Origin: Marispirochaeta sp. | Lineage (GTDB): Bacteria; Spirochaetota; Spirochaetia; JC444; Marispirochaetaceae | Direction: 5' to 3' | Assembly (NCBI GenBank): GCA_963676835.2 | Contig: CAXXFF010000002.1 | Location: 1,824,001-1,888,000 of the forward strand | Length of the DNA stretch: 64,000 nucleotides | Part shown: piece by piece, positions 1 to 10,144 of the stretch | How positions within the stretch are numbered: the stretch's first letter is position 1 | Layout: each line of letters opens with the position of its first letter | Notes under the pieces: generated by a model | What the model saw: the letters and a program-made list of their open reading frames with translations, nothing else | What the model was told of the DNA's origin: nothing | Databases searched by the model: none | Translations under genes and position numbers: made by a program

Positions 1-1027
1 TATAGTCCTTTTTTCCCTGCTTAAGGGCAGTATTGTGAAGGAGCTCGATAAAACCGTTATAAAAATCCATGAGTTCCTGAATATTGATCGGCTCATCCCT
101 GTTCAGGGCGGAAATCTCATCCAGGGTAGTATGGATCCGGCTTCGGTTGCGACTTGCAAACAAAACATTGAAGTCCTTCAAGAGCTCAGGGAGAACTGTG
201 CTGTGGAGATCTCCCTGATGATACAGACGATCTATAGCTGACGAAAACCAGCTGTACTGGAGCAGTACTGCTTCCTGAATTCTCTGGTAAATATTATGCA
301 ATGATCCGGTACTGCTGCTGAACCCCGCGGACCCGGGGAAAGGGGGCGTCACCAGCTGGCTTAAAGCTGCAGTTATCTTTGCCTCTGCGGAAGGGGAAAA
401 ATTCAGCACCAGAAAGCTTATCTCCCGGGAGTAATGGTATTCCCGCCACTCAATTTCTTCCATTTCAAGTCTCTGCGTCAGGAACCCGACAGCAGGAGAT
501 GTAACAGCGACGACACCATAGAGGCCGAAACGGCGGGGGCAGGCCATCTGGCGTATAATCAGTTCTTCCGGAGTACCTTCGGGCATGGCCGAAAGGAAAT
601 CGAGTAAGGATTCGGTCTTCTTTACTGCCTCCTCCAATTCTGACGCTCTGTTTTCTGTGAGTTTCAAGGCCGCTTTTTCCAGGGTCTCCTGAAGTATTTC
701 CGGCCGGACAGGCTTAAGCAGGTAGCCGAGAGCGCCAAGGTCCAGGGCTTTTTTTGCATACTCGAACTCGGAGTAGCCGCTGACGAAGATAACCTGGGTG
801 CGGGTATGTTCCGCTTTCAGGGTTTCCATCAGCTCCAGACCGGTAAGACCCGGCATGCGGATGTCGCAGATAAGCAGGTCCGGTTCCATGTTCCGTACAA
901 GCTCAAGGCACTCTTCTCCGTTGTCCGCAGTACCGCTTATCTCAAAGCCGAGACCGGTGGCAGAGATTTTCTTTTCCAGTGCCTGCAGTATATAGGGTTC
1001 ATCATCTGCAATTATTACGCTGAACAT
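1..1027 (-). CDS. Two-component response regulator (YesN-like), truncated by window edge
   Basis: ATG at 1027 reads MFSVIIADDEP...PDLLICDIRMPGLTG...GYLLKPV (receiver domain); lies 2 nt after the sensor kinase stop; missing from the ORF track because it runs off the window. Confidence 0.85.
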   Translation of the reverse strand, partial: MFSVIIADDEPYILQALEKKISATGLGFEISGTADNGEECLELVRNMEPDLLICDIRMPGLTGLELMETLKAEHTRTQVIFVSGYSEFEYAKKALDLGALGYLLKPVRPEILQETLEKAALKLTENRASELEEAVKKTESLLDFLSAMPEGTPEELIIRQMACPRRFGLYGVVAVTSPAVGFLTQRLEMEEIEWREYHYSREISFLVLNFSPSAEAKITAALSQLVTPPFPGSAGFSSSTGSLHNIYQRIQEAVLLQYSWFSSAIDRLYHQGDLHSTVLPELLKDFNVLFASRNRSRIHTTLDEISALNRDEPINIQELMDFYNGFIELLHNTALKQGKKDY

Positions 1028-1029
1028 TG

Positions 1030-2481
1030 TTATCCTGTTATAAAGGGTAGTCGCATCAGTATGCTCGTTCCCCGGTCTTTTTCGCTTTCTATTTTCAGGC
1101 CGTAATAGTTTCCGTACACAAGCTTGATTCTGTTCTGGATATTATACAGCCCAATAGAACGTTTCTCCCCTGCCGGCAGGGGTTTCCCCGGTATGCTTTC
1201 CGCCAGGGATGAGTTCAGTTTATCCAGAGTTTCCTTCTCAATTCCTGTGCCGTTATCCTCCACTGAAATATCCAGAAAGGAGCTGTTCTGGGAACAGTTG
1301 ACCTTAAGCTCTCCTTTTCCGACTTTCGGTTCGAGGCCGTGAAAGATAGAGTTTTCGATTATCGGCTGGAGGATAAACTTGATTATCTTGGTTTTCAGAA
1401 CATTGCTGTCGTAGTTGAGGCTGATGGTAAAGCGGTCAAGAAAGCGGATGCGCTGAATATTCAGATAGTCTTCAACACTTCTGAGTTCTTCTTCCAAAGT
1501 CACAAACTTTCTTCCACTGATTGAGTATCGGAACAGGCTGGAGAGACTCATGGCAATTTCCTGTATCTCCGGAACCTCATGGAGGGCTCCGATACTGTTC
1601 ATGCATTCCAGGGTGTTGTAGAGAAAATGGGGGTTTATCTGGCTCTGCAGAAAGTTTATCTCCGCTTCCTTGTGCTGGATTTCCTCCTGAAGCAGTTTCT
1701 TTTCAATGGCAATCTTCTCTTCCGTTGCATGCAGCAGTTCGTCGGTTCTCTGCTTGATGGTGGTGATCATTGAATTGATTCCGCTCTGCAGGTTTACAAT
1801 TTCTTCGGTTTCAATATCCGGAACTATCCGGGCGCTTAAGTCGCCTGCTTCCACTTTTTGAAGACAGTCGAGGGTTATTTCAATATTCTGGGTAATCCGC
1901 TGGGAGTAGGCCTGAAACATGGTTATGCTCATTATAAGTATGGCAAAGGTAACAATAATTACTATCCGCAAAAATGTAAGGCGGTTGAGAAACACTTCCT
2001 CTTTCTTCACGGAAAGAGCGATTGTCCAGCCCCAGGGATCAAAGGTATCAAATACACAGTAGCGTGCACGACCCCGGTAGGTGTATTCCATGAAGCCCTG
2101 TTTCTGCTGCAGCATGTCGGCAATGAAATAGAAGCTTATCATATCGCCGGAATCAATATACTTATGCAGTACCGCCCGGCTTGCCTTGTTGACTATGTAC
2201 AGGTTTCCGCTGCCGCCGAAGGTTACCCTGTCCAGAGAATCCAGGAGGCCATGCTGTACCGTTTCAATATTTGAGAGATCCATTTCGGTATCCGGATGTT
2301 CAACATTGTCGTAGGCGGTCTGGACTTCCTGCATCACCTTCTGAAGGCCGGATTCCAGCAGCTGCACGTAAAGGGTATGTACTATCTGGTTCATCATTAC
2401 GGCGCCCACAAAGATTATTGAGGCTGCCAGGATAAGAAGGGTGGCGATGGAAACTATATTTAGTTCATGCTGAAGTTTCAT
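1030..2481 (-). CDS. Sensor histidine kinase, YesM/LytS type (Cache, HAMP, His_kinase, HATPase)
   Basis: LQSQINPHFLYNTL, ILQPIIENSIFHG, DNGTG and IGLYNI motifs; two TM segments. Confidence 0.92.
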   Translation of the reverse strand: MKLQHELNIVSIATLLILAASIIFVGAVMMNQIVHTLYVQLLESGLQKVMQEVQTAYDNVEHPDTEMDLSNIETVQHGLLDSLDRVTFGGSGNLYIVNKASRAVLHKYIDSGDMISFYFIADMLQQKQGFMEYTYRGRARYCVFDTFDPWGWTIALSVKKEEVFLNRLTFLRIVIIVTFAILIMSITMFQAYSQRITQNIEITLDCLQKVEAGDLSARIVPDIETEEIVNLQSGINSMITTIKQRTDELLHATEEKIAIEKKLLQEEIQHKEAEINFLQSQINPHFLYNTLECMNSIGALHEVPEIQEIAMSLSSLFRYSISGRKFVTLEEELRSVEDYLNIQRIRFLDRFTISLNYDSNVLKTKIIKFILQPIIENSIFHGLEPKVGKGELKVNCSQNSSFLDISVEDNGTGIEKETLDKLNSSLAESIPGKPLPAGEKRSIGLYNIQNRIKLVYGNYYGLKIESEKDRGTSILMRLPFITG

Positions 2482-2488
2482 TCAATCA

Positions 2489-2590
2489 GAATCCTGTCCG
2501 GTCCGGAGGAGAGTCTGCAGTATAGACAGCCGAAAAGGAGCTGTCAAACATATCAAACATCTCTTTTATCCTCCGTGCCGGACAGGATTC
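2489..2590 (-). promoter_or_regulatory. 22-bp inverted repeat enclosing a sigma70 promoter for the kinase
   Basis: Arms 2489-2510 and 2569-2590 (20/22 complementary); minus strand TTGACA(2547-2542)-N17-TATACT(2524-2519). Confidence 0.7.
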
Positions 2591-2602
2591 AGGAATTTAC
2601 TG

Positions 2603-4096
2603 TTACTGTTCGGTGGCAGCCATTTTTTTCCGGTGCTGCCGTTCCCGGATCAGAGTTGTTGCCACAGAGATAATACTCAGGGCAAGCAGGGTGGCTGCGA
2701 TCGGACGGGTTACAAAAACCGAATAATCACCATGGGACATTACCAGGGTTTTACGGAAGTTTTCCTCAACCATTGGGCCCAGAATAAGGGCAAGAACAAT
2801 CGGACCAAGAGGCACGTTTATCTTGCGGATCAGATATCCAACAATACCGATTATCAGCATGAGGAATATATCGAAGGTGTTATTCTGCATGGCATAGGAT
2901 CCCACAATGGCCAGAACCATAATGATGGGGATCATTGCTCTTTTTGAGACCATGATTACTCTTGAGAGGAATCCAGCCATCATCAGGCCGAAAACACCAA
3001 AGAAGATATTGGCCAGGATAAAACCGATGAACAGGGCATTTACCATGTCCAGATGATCTCTGAAGAGCAGTGGGCCCGGGCGCAGTCCCTGAACCATCAG
3101 GGCTCCGATAATAATTGCGGTAACCGAGTCTCCCGGAACACCAAGGCTCAGGGTGGGAATAAGGGCTCCTCCGGTGGATGCATTGTTTCCTGTTTCCGCT
3201 GCTGCAACTCCTTCAATTTCTCCGGTACCGAAGGTTTCCGGATGCTTGGAGCTTCTTTTTGCTTCGTTGTAACAGACAAAGCTTGCAATATCTCCGCCGG
3301 CGCCGGGAAGGGCTCCTACAAAGGTTCCGATAACAGTACTTTTAAGCTGTGTTCTTAGTACTGTGCGCATATCCGGCAGATTGGGAAGCAGCTTGCGCAG
3401 GTTTACCCGCTCTTTTTTGGGCTCAACAAGCTTTTCAAACTGGGTTATGGCTTCGGATACTGCAAAGAGACCGATAAGTGCAGGTATAAAAGGAATACCG
3501 CCCATGAGGTTTACATTACCGAAGGTAAAGCGGGTATAGCCCTGTATGGGGTCCATTCCGATGGTTGCAATAAGAAGACCGATACAGCCGCTTAAGAGTC
3601 CCTTTGCCAGGGACCCGGAGGATATACTGCCTATAATGGTGATACCTAAAACGGCAAGGGCAAAGTATTCCGGTGCACTGAACTTAAGGGCGAACTTTGA
3701 CAGCAGGGGCGCCAGGGTTATCAGGAATATGGCACTTCCGATTCCTCCGAATACGGAAGAATAGGTGGCCATACCGATTGCCCGGCCGCCTTCACCGCGG
3801 ACAAACAAAGGTGTACCATCAAGAATAGTGGCTGCAGCAGATGGAGTTCCCGGAGTGTTGATGAGGATTGCCGCAACGGATCCTCCATAGATGGCGCCTG
3901 CGTAGAGTCCCAGCAGCATGAGTATTCCCGGTACAGCTTCCATACCGAAGGAGAAGGGGACAAGAATTGCCACTCCCATGGTTGCAGTAAGTCCCGGAAG
4001 GGCTCCTACAACAATGCCTCCGATAACACCTGAAAAAAGCATTAAAAGGGGAAACGGCTGTGCCAGAAGGGCTAAACCGTTCAATATTTCATTCAT
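2603..4096 (-). CDS. tctA: Tripartite tricarboxylate transporter large permease
   Basis: GALPGLTATMG, NTPGTPSAAAT, ETGNNA and LSLGVPGD motifs. Confidence 0.93.
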   Translation of the reverse strand: MNEILNGLALLAQPFPLLMLFSGVIGGIVVGALPGLTATMGVAILVPFSFGMEAVPGILMLLGLYAGAIYGGSVAAILINTPGTPSAAATILDGTPLFVRGEGGRAIGMATYSSVFGGIGSAIFLITLAPLLSKFALKFSAPEYFALAVLGITIIGSISSGSLAKGLLSGCIGLLIATIGMDPIQGYTRFTFGNVNLMGGIPFIPALIGLFAVSEAITQFEKLVEPKKERVNLRKLLPNLPDMRTVLRTQLKSTVIGTFVGALPGAGGDIASFVCYNEAKRSSKHPETFGTGEIEGVAAAETGNNASTGGALIPTLSLGVPGDSVTAIIIGALMVQGLRPGPLLFRDHLDMVNALFIGFILANIFFGVFGLMMAGFLSRVIMVSKRAMIPIIMVLAIVGSYAMQNNTFDIFLMLIIGIVGYLIRKINVPLGPIVLALILGPMVEENFRKTLVMSHGDYSVFVTRPIAATLLALSIISVATTLIRERQHRKKMAATEQ

Positions 4097-4162
4097 TATT
4101 AACCTCGCTATGTGAAAACCTGCCCGATGTACCCTGCGGTACTTATGGGGAGGTGAAAATTC

Positions 4163-4633
4163 CTAGTTGTAGAATATCCCTGTGGGAAGCGGGATAAGCA
4201 GCAACCGCTGAAAAACAACATAGATTGCCAGGGTGGTAAGGCATGACACCAGAACGATTTTCTTTATTGTTCCTGCCTTGAAAACCAGCATGAGCACTAT
4301 CAGGTACAGTGGAGAAATGACCAGGAATCCCAGAAAGCCCAGGACCGATGCATAGATGAGTGTCATTATAATCATAACCACTACGCGGAAAATCCCGTTA
4401 TCTTCCCTGTCGAAGATAGGTTCGGTTTTTTCGCCAGCAGCAGGTTTAGGTCTTTTTACACCCTGAAAAATAACGATAGCCGACAGTGCAACAATAATAA
4501 AGCTCAGCATTTTGGGATAAAATGCCATTCCCACGTCGTCGCCCCGGGAATCGGGGAAGCTGCCGGAAAGGAAAATAAAAACCGCCGCGAACAGAATGGT
4601 CGCGATTCCGAATATGATTTCCGCCTTTCGCAA
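4163..4633 (-). CDS. tctB: Tripartite tricarboxylate transporter small permease
   Basis: 4-TM protein ending LLIPLPTG, between tctC and tctA. Confidence 0.88.
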   Translation of the reverse strand: MRKAEIIFGIATILFAAVFIFLSGSFPDSRGDDVGMAFYPKMLSFIIVALSAIVIFQGVKRPKPAAGEKTEPIFDREDNGIFRVVVMIIMTLIYASVLGFLGFLVISPLYLIVLMLVFKAGTIKKIVLVSCLTTLAIYVVFQRLLLIPLPTGIFYN

Positions 4634-4662
4634 AATAATTTCCTTATGTAAAGAATAGTTTT

Positions 4663-4691
4663 GGACTGCCGGTTCTGAAGCCGGCAGTCCA
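4663..4691 (-). terminator. Intergenic stem-loop after tctC (terminator or mRNA stabiliser)
   Basis: GGACTGCCGG...CCGGCAGTCC inverted repeat. Confidence 0.6.
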
Positions 4692-4722
4692 GTGATTATA
4701 CCACGAAGTGATATAAAGTAGA

Positions 4723-5700
4723 TTAAAGATCGAACTGTGAAACAATCTTACCGTAGGTATCGTAAGCTTCGTTGATCATAGTTCCGAAATCTTCGGAGTT
4801 TCTGTAGACCATACCAAGTCCGATATTACCCATGGTTTTCTTGAAACCTTCAGACTCGAAAGCTTTCTTGAAAGCATCGTGAAGGATTGCAACGATCTCG
4901 TCGGGGGTGTCTCCAGGAGCCTGGATTCCACGCCAGCATGCAGTCTGTACGTCGTATCCCAGTTCTTTCATTGTAGGAACATCGGGATAGTTGGGGTGAC
5001 GATCGTTACCGGAAACGGCAAGAATCTTCAGCTGACCAGCTGCAACCTGAGAAGATACTTCAGGAGGGCTGCAGGCTACGAAATCGAGGTGACCGCCAAG
5101 AAGCTCGGTAATTGCAGGAGCTGCACCGGTAGAGGGTACGAAAGTAAACTCTGTTCCGGTTTTTCCCTGAAGGTCCAGGGTTGCAATGTGCCAGATACCT
5201 GCATAACCGGTTCCGCTGTATTCCATTTCGCCGGGATGAGCCTTGGCATAGTCCAGGAACTGGTCCAGGGTCTCAAATTCGGAGTCTGCAGGAACAACAA
5301 TTGCAGAGGGGTCGAGGTTAACCTGAATAACAGGTTTCATGTCGTTGTGGCTGTAGGGAACTTCCTGAATGTGGGGCTGAATAATACATTCAACAGTAGA
5401 AAGACCGATGGTATAACCGTCGGGTTTTCCATTAGCGATTGCACTGTGTCCAACAGCTCCACCGCCTCCGGTTTTGTTTTCTACTACAATGGAAACACCA
5501 AGAAAGGGTTCAGCTTCTTTTGCAAGAACACGGGCAGTTGCATCGGTTCCACCACCAGCAGCCCAGGGTACTACCATGTGAATCGGCTTTGTGGGGTAGT
5601 TTACTTTAGATTCTCCCCCGGCAGATTCTCCCTGTCCATTGGCGAAAAGAGCCATGGTCATAAGTACAGCTAACAGAACAGCAAGAAATTTCTTCATCAA
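4723..5700 (-). CDS. tctC: TTT substrate-binding protein (TctC/Bug)
   Basis: YPTKPIHMVVPWAAGGGTD, ENKTGGGG, PDGYT and PDVPT motifs; signal peptide. Confidence 0.93.
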   Translation of the reverse strand: MMKKFLAVLLAVLMTMALFANGQGESAGGESKVNYPTKPIHMVVPWAAGGGTDATARVLAKEAEPFLGVSIVVENKTGGGGAVGHSAIANGKPDGYTIGLSTVECIIQPHIQEVPYSHNDMKPVIQVNLDPSAIVVPADSEFETLDQFLDYAKAHPGEMEYSGTGYAGIWHIATLDLQGKTGTEFTFVPSTGAAPAITELLGGHLDFVACSPPEVSSQVAAGQLKILAVSGNDRHPNYPDVPTMKELGYDVQTACWRGIQAPGDTPDEIVAILHDAFKKAFESEGFKKTMGNIGLGMVYRNSEDFGTMINEAYDTYGKIVSQFDL

Positions 5701-5944
5701 ATCCTCCTTGTGGATATGTCTGTTTTCGTAAAAAACCTAACATGGACTATTTTCCCGGTCAAACAAAAGTTAGAAAAACGTTATTTTCCGGTGTTTAACC
5801 TAAATTGAGCTGTTATGTCGGCAGAAACAGGTAAAAATTTACATATTACCCGTTAATTTTATACATACCGGAATAAAGCTTCAGGATGCATAATTTTTGC
5901 AGTCAATATTTTTTCATAAACTACAATCAACACGGAGTAAACAA

Positions 5945-6907
5945 ATGCCCAGAAAACAGATTCTTTTAACCATGCCGCCGGATATAAAGAAGGTCGTACA
6001 TGAATATATGGATGAATACCTTGCAAAGAAGGGATATTCCTTTAAGGCCATCTACAACGATAATCCCCTTTCTGCCGAGGAGCTTAAAAAGGAGCTTGCA
6101 GATATAGACGGTTACATCGTCGGCCATGAGGAGGTTACCGGAGATGTGCTTGATGCAGCGCAGAATCTTAAAATTGTAACCAAGTTCGGAGTAGGGACTG
6201 ACAATATACGTATAAAAGAAGCAAGAGACCGGGGTATAGAGGTTGCCAACTGTCCCGGTTCCAACAGCAACGCCGTTGCCGAGCTTGTGGTTGGACTTAT
6301 GCTTACCACTGCCCGGAATACCCAGAAGCTTTGTGAGGATCTTCGTGAAGGGCACTGGGCTATAGAAGTGGGCTTTGAACTTACGGGAAAGAAGGTCGGA
6401 ATCCTCGGTTTCGGCAATATCGGCCGTCGCGTAGCGGAAATGCTGAAGCCTTTTACCGGAGATATCCTGGTATATGATGCTTTTGAAGATAAGGCGGCGG
6501 AGGAAAAATACGGGGTGAAGTACACTTCTCTTGAAGAAATTGCCTCCTCCTGTGATTTTATTACCGTACACCTCCCGCTGATTCCTCCCACAAAGAACAT
6601 CATCAATAAAGAGTTCTTTAATAAGATGAAGGATGGGGTTTTTCTGGTTAATGCCGCCCGGGGAGGCATCGTCAACGAGGATGACCTCTACGATGCAGTC
6701 TGTGACGGCAAGGTCGCCCGTGCAGCTCTCGATGTTTTTGAGGTTGAACCTACCACCAATACAAAGCTGGTGAAGGATCAGCGTTTTGTTGTACTTCCCC
6801 ACATCGGTGCGGGATCCGTGGAAGCCACCTTTAATATGGCAAAAATGGCCATGGATAATGTAATTGAGGTGCTGGAAGGCCGAAAGAACCCGAACTCCGT
6901 AGGATAA
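5945..6907 (+). CDS. D-isomer-specific 2-hydroxyacid (phosphoglycerate dehydrogenase-like) dehydrogenase
   Basis: GVGTDNI, GFGNIG, NAARG, LDVFEVEP and PHIG motifs; ATG 5945 has an RBS. Confidence 0.9.
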   Translation: MPRKQILLTMPPDIKKVVHEYMDEYLAKKGYSFKAIYNDNPLSAEELKKELADIDGYIVGHEEVTGDVLDAAQNLKIVTKFGVGTDNIRIKEARDRGIEVANCPGSNSNAVAELVVGLMLTTARNTQKLCEDLREGHWAIEVGFELTGKKVGILGFGNIGRRVAEMLKPFTGDILVYDAFEDKAAEEKYGVKYTSLEEIASSCDFITVHLPLIPPTKNIINKEFFNKMKDGVFLVNAARGGIVNEDDLYDAVCDGKVARAALDVFEVEPTTNTKLVKDQRFVVLPHIGAGSVEATFNMAKMAMDNVIEVLEGRKNPNSVG

Positions 6908-6961
6908 ACCGGTCTTTCAGATTATACTGTGCCAAACATACCATCCGGACAGGCAGGGGTA

Positions 6962-7909
6962 ATGACGGTTCTTAAAAAGATTGATTCAGCTTTAGGCAGG
7001 CAGCTGATGCTGCTGAACATCCTGACACTTTTTATCGGCCTCCTCCTGCCTGGGCTGTTTTCTGGGCTTACCCCCTATCTACCCTATATCCTCTCGACCC
7101 TGGTTCTTATAGTGGGGACAAACTGCACCCTTGAGAGCTTTCGCAGTATTGTTCAGGCGCCGAAAAGTTTTTTTCTCTCCCTGGCATTTATCTACCTGCT
7201 TATGCCGGTACTGGGATTCGGGGTAGGTTCGCTGTTTTACCCGGATAAACCCCTCTATGCCTTCGGCACCTTTCTTACTGCAGTAACGCCTGTGGCGCTG
7301 ACATCCATGGTCTGGACCGGCCTTGCGGGAGGAAATCTCGCCCTGGCTCTGGCTCTTGTCGCTCTGGTAACTGTGTTCAGCGGCATAAATATCCCCTTTG
7401 AACTATCCCTGTTTATGGGCACTGTGGTTGAGTTTGATGCTTGGGCTCTGACGGTTAAACTTGTGGTCACCATCGTGGTGCCGGTGATCTTCGGAATAGG
7501 TGTAAAGCATTATTCCGGCGAAAGGATCGAAAAGTACCGGCCTGTTCTGGGAGTGCTTACCAAGATTCTCATGCTGACGATTATGACTGTTAACGGCGCT
7601 GTATTAAGACCCTATGTGGATGATCTCGGGATGGACACCATCCGGCTGCTTCTGGTGGCTGCCTTTCATATGCTGCTGAATTTTTCCATTACCATGGCGG
7701 TGGGTGGATTTGTTATCGGTTTTCGCAACAGCGCCATGCCTCCGGTGGTATATGCATCCTCCATGAAAAACAATGCCGCAGGGGTGGTTATTGCCCTCAA
7801 CTATTTTCACCCTGCCGTGGCGCTGCCGGTTGTATTCAGTATGATGGCCCAGCAGTTCTGGGCAGGAGTCTTCTACCAGATTTTCCGCCGCCTGCGGGGG
7901 GATAATTGA
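6962..7909 (+). CDS. Bile acid:sodium symporter (BASS) family transporter
   Basis: Multi-TM; TPVALTSMVWTGLAGGNLALAL and MKNNAAG motifs (alternative start GTG 6929). Confidence 0.85.
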   Translation: MTVLKKIDSALGRQLMLLNILTLFIGLLLPGLFSGLTPYLPYILSTLVLIVGTNCTLESFRSIVQAPKSFFLSLAFIYLLMPVLGFGVGSLFYPDKPLYAFGTFLTAVTPVALTSMVWTGLAGGNLALALALVALVTVFSGINIPFELSLFMGTVVEFDAWALTVKLVVTIVVPVIFGIGVKHYSGERIEKYRPVLGVLTKILMLTIMTVNGAVLRPYVDDLGMDTIRLLLVAAFHMLLNFSITMAVGGFVIGFRNSAMPPVVYASSMKNNAAGVVIALNYFHPAVALPVVFSMMAQQFWAGVFYQIFRRLRGDN

Positions 7910-8868
7910 TGTCATCCCTTTCCAGATGGGCAGGGACTGCTAATGAAGTTTTCAACAAGTATATTCTTCTTTTTATTCTGTCATCTCTTATAACAGGCTT
8001 TCTTTTCGCTGATTTTTTTTCACCATATGCAGGCAGTCTTTCTTACATGCTTATGTTTATGATTTTTGTTATGGGTACTGCCTGTACCTTTGAAAGTCTG
8101 AGAAGTATTGTCAAAGCACCGGGAGGATTTTTTCTCGGTATTCTTATTGTGTACCTGGTTCTGCCGCTTATAGGCTACACTATGGGCGCGGTGTTCTGGC
8201 AGAACAATCCCTCTTACGCCGTAGGCCATTTTCTCCTTGCCATTACACCCGTGGCAATAACTTCCATGATCTGGACAGGATTTGCCGGAGGAAACATTGC
8301 CCTCGCCCTTGCGCTGGTGGCAGTTGCAACGGTTTTCAGCGGCTTCTCAATTCCTTCTTTTATGGCTCTCTTTATGGGGAAGATTGTCGAGTTCGATGCC
8401 GGCTCACTTACTATGAATCTGGTACATATGATTGTCGGTCCTGTGTTTGTTGGAATCCTGTTGAGAAACAGGGCTCCGTTATTTACGGTAAAGGCGGGCC
8501 CCTTTTTGAATCTGGCGACAAAACTGATGATGGTGGCAATTATTTGCGTCAATGGTGCTGCTGTCCAACCCTATCTGGCTGACTTTAACCTATCGCTTCT
8601 GAAGCTGTTGCTGGTGGTATTTCTACATATGATGCTGAATTACACTGCTTCCTTCAGCATTGCTTTTCTGGTCCTTGGGCGGCGAAGTCCCGATCTATCT
8701 CCGGTTATATTTGCTTCATCAATGAAGAATACCGTTGCTGGAATTGTCATCGGGTTGAAATTCTTCGGCCCTGCAGTGGCACTGCCGGTAATAATGTGCA
8801 TTTTCATGCAGCAAATGGCTGCCGGATTCTTCTTCCGGCTTTTGAAAAGATTCAGTGCTGTTCATTAA
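7909..8868 (+). CDS. BASS family transporter, tandem paralogue
   Basis: TPVAITSMIWTGFAGGNIALAL and MKNTVAG motifs; TGATG overlap with upstream paralogue. Confidence 0.85.
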   Translation: MSSLSRWAGTANEVFNKYILLFILSSLITGFLFADFFSPYAGSLSYMLMFMIFVMGTACTFESLRSIVKAPGGFFLGILIVYLVLPLIGYTMGAVFWQNNPSYAVGHFLLAITPVAITSMIWTGFAGGNIALALALVAVATVFSGFSIPSFMALFMGKIVEFDAGSLTMNLVHMIVGPVFVGILLRNRAPLFTVKAGPFLNLATKLMMVAIICVNGAAVQPYLADFNLSLLKLLLVVFLHMMLNYTASFSIAFLVLGRRSPDLSPVIFASSMKNTVAGIVIGLKFFGPAVALPVIMCIFMQQMAAGFFFRLLKRFSAVH

Positions 8869-8942
8869 AAGTGGTTCTCTGTGTTCTGCAATCCTGCGTT
8901 CACGCTTCGGGGCTGCCTTTTTGCCCGCTTCAGCAGCTTTTT

Positions 8943-9983
8943 TCAGCCCCAGACGCCGCTTTCAAGAAAGCCCGCGTACTCTTTCCGTCGGGTAACCAGC
9001 AGGTTGCGTATTGGCAGGTCGTAGGGGCAGCGTTTTTCACATAAACCGCATTTTGTACAGTTTTCGGCTTTTGCCATGGCCCCGTCGAGAAGTGCTCTGG
9101 TCTTTTCCAGGGGCATTCTGCGGGTCATGCTCTGGGAGGGCAGCACCATGGATATGGGAATCCCTTCCGGACATGGCTGACAGTAGTCGCAGCGGTGGCA
9201 CCAGCTGCTGCCGAGCTCCTTCCGTACTGCCTCCATCTCTTCTGTTTCTGCTGTAGAAAGGGGTGCGGTGTCCCCGTAGATATCCAGAATCTCCCGCATC
9301 TGGGCGGGCTGTTCAATTCCCGGGTCCGGGACTATTCCAGGATGCTGACGCAGGTAGCGGAAACAGAGCCGGGCATTATCCAGCAGCCCTCCGCCCAGGG
9401 GTTTCATGCAGATAAAGCCCATATCCATCTCCCGGGCCAGGGGAAGAAGTACTTTTTCCACAGCGGTATCCACAAAATTGAATGGCAGCTGGGTTACTTC
9501 GAAGAGCCCGGTGCGCATCATTTTTTCCGCCGTCTCCAGACTGTGGGCGCTGAAGGCCGGGTGTTTTATCAGTCCTTCTTCCACCGCCTGCTGCATGCCT
9601 TCAAAGGCGCCGCCTTTGCCCATAACAGCCTGCATCTTCTTGTCGCCGCTTACGTTATGATGCTGGTAGATATCCAGATAATCTGTCTTCAGCAGGGTAA
9701 GGCTTTTCTCAACATCCTTTAAAAAGGTATCCCGGTCGGTGGCAGGAGACTTTGATGCAAGGACCAGAGATTCACGGGGCAAGTCCGCAATGGCTTTGCC
9801 TATTCTCTCTTCGCTGGTGGTATAGGCCCGGGCGGTATCGATAAAGTTGACCCCCATTCCGATGATATCCTGTACAACCTGAATTGCCTCTGCTTCCGAC
9901 AGCCTCTGTATGGGGATGCCTCCAAAGGCGATTTCGCTTACCATCAGTTCAGTTTTTCCCAGGCGTACCTTGTTCATTGCCAT
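8943..9983 (-). CDS. Aldo/keto reductase with C-terminal 4Fe-4S dicluster
   Basis: IDTARAY, DYLDIYQHH; CHRCDYCQPCP and CTKCGLCEKRCP. Confidence 0.9.
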   Translation of the reverse strand: MAMNKVRLGKTELMVSEIAFGGIPIQRLSEAEAIQVVQDIIGMGVNFIDTARAYTTSEERIGKAIADLPRESLVLASKSPATDRDTFLKDVEKSLTLLKTDYLDIYQHHNVSGDKKMQAVMGKGGAFEGMQQAVEEGLIKHPAFSAHSLETAEKMMRTGLFEVTQLPFNFVDTAVEKVLLPLAREMDMGFICMKPLGGGLLDNARLCFRYLRQHPGIVPDPGIEQPAQMREILDIYGDTAPLSTAETEEMEAVRKELGSSWCHRCDYCQPCPEGIPISMVLPSQSMTRRMPLEKTRALLDGAMAKAENCTKCGLCEKRCPYDLPIRNLLVTRRKEYAGFLESGVWG

Positions 9984-10144
9984 CTCCTGCTGTGTAATTC
10001 CGCTATAGCATACACCGGGATTTCTGAGTTGTCAAAATTAAGAATGAAAGTGTGGAAGCTTAAAATGAAAAAACCCCGGCCTTTTACAGCCGGGGGGAAG
10101 GAGCCTGGCGTCGGTCCACCATCGGCGCCGGGTTTAGATACTGC

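Noticed and set aside
4879..5673. Long antisense ORFs (also 5966-6802, 41582-42556, 55988-56668)
   Set aside because: Opposite-strand shadows of well-supported genes with no recognisable motifs.
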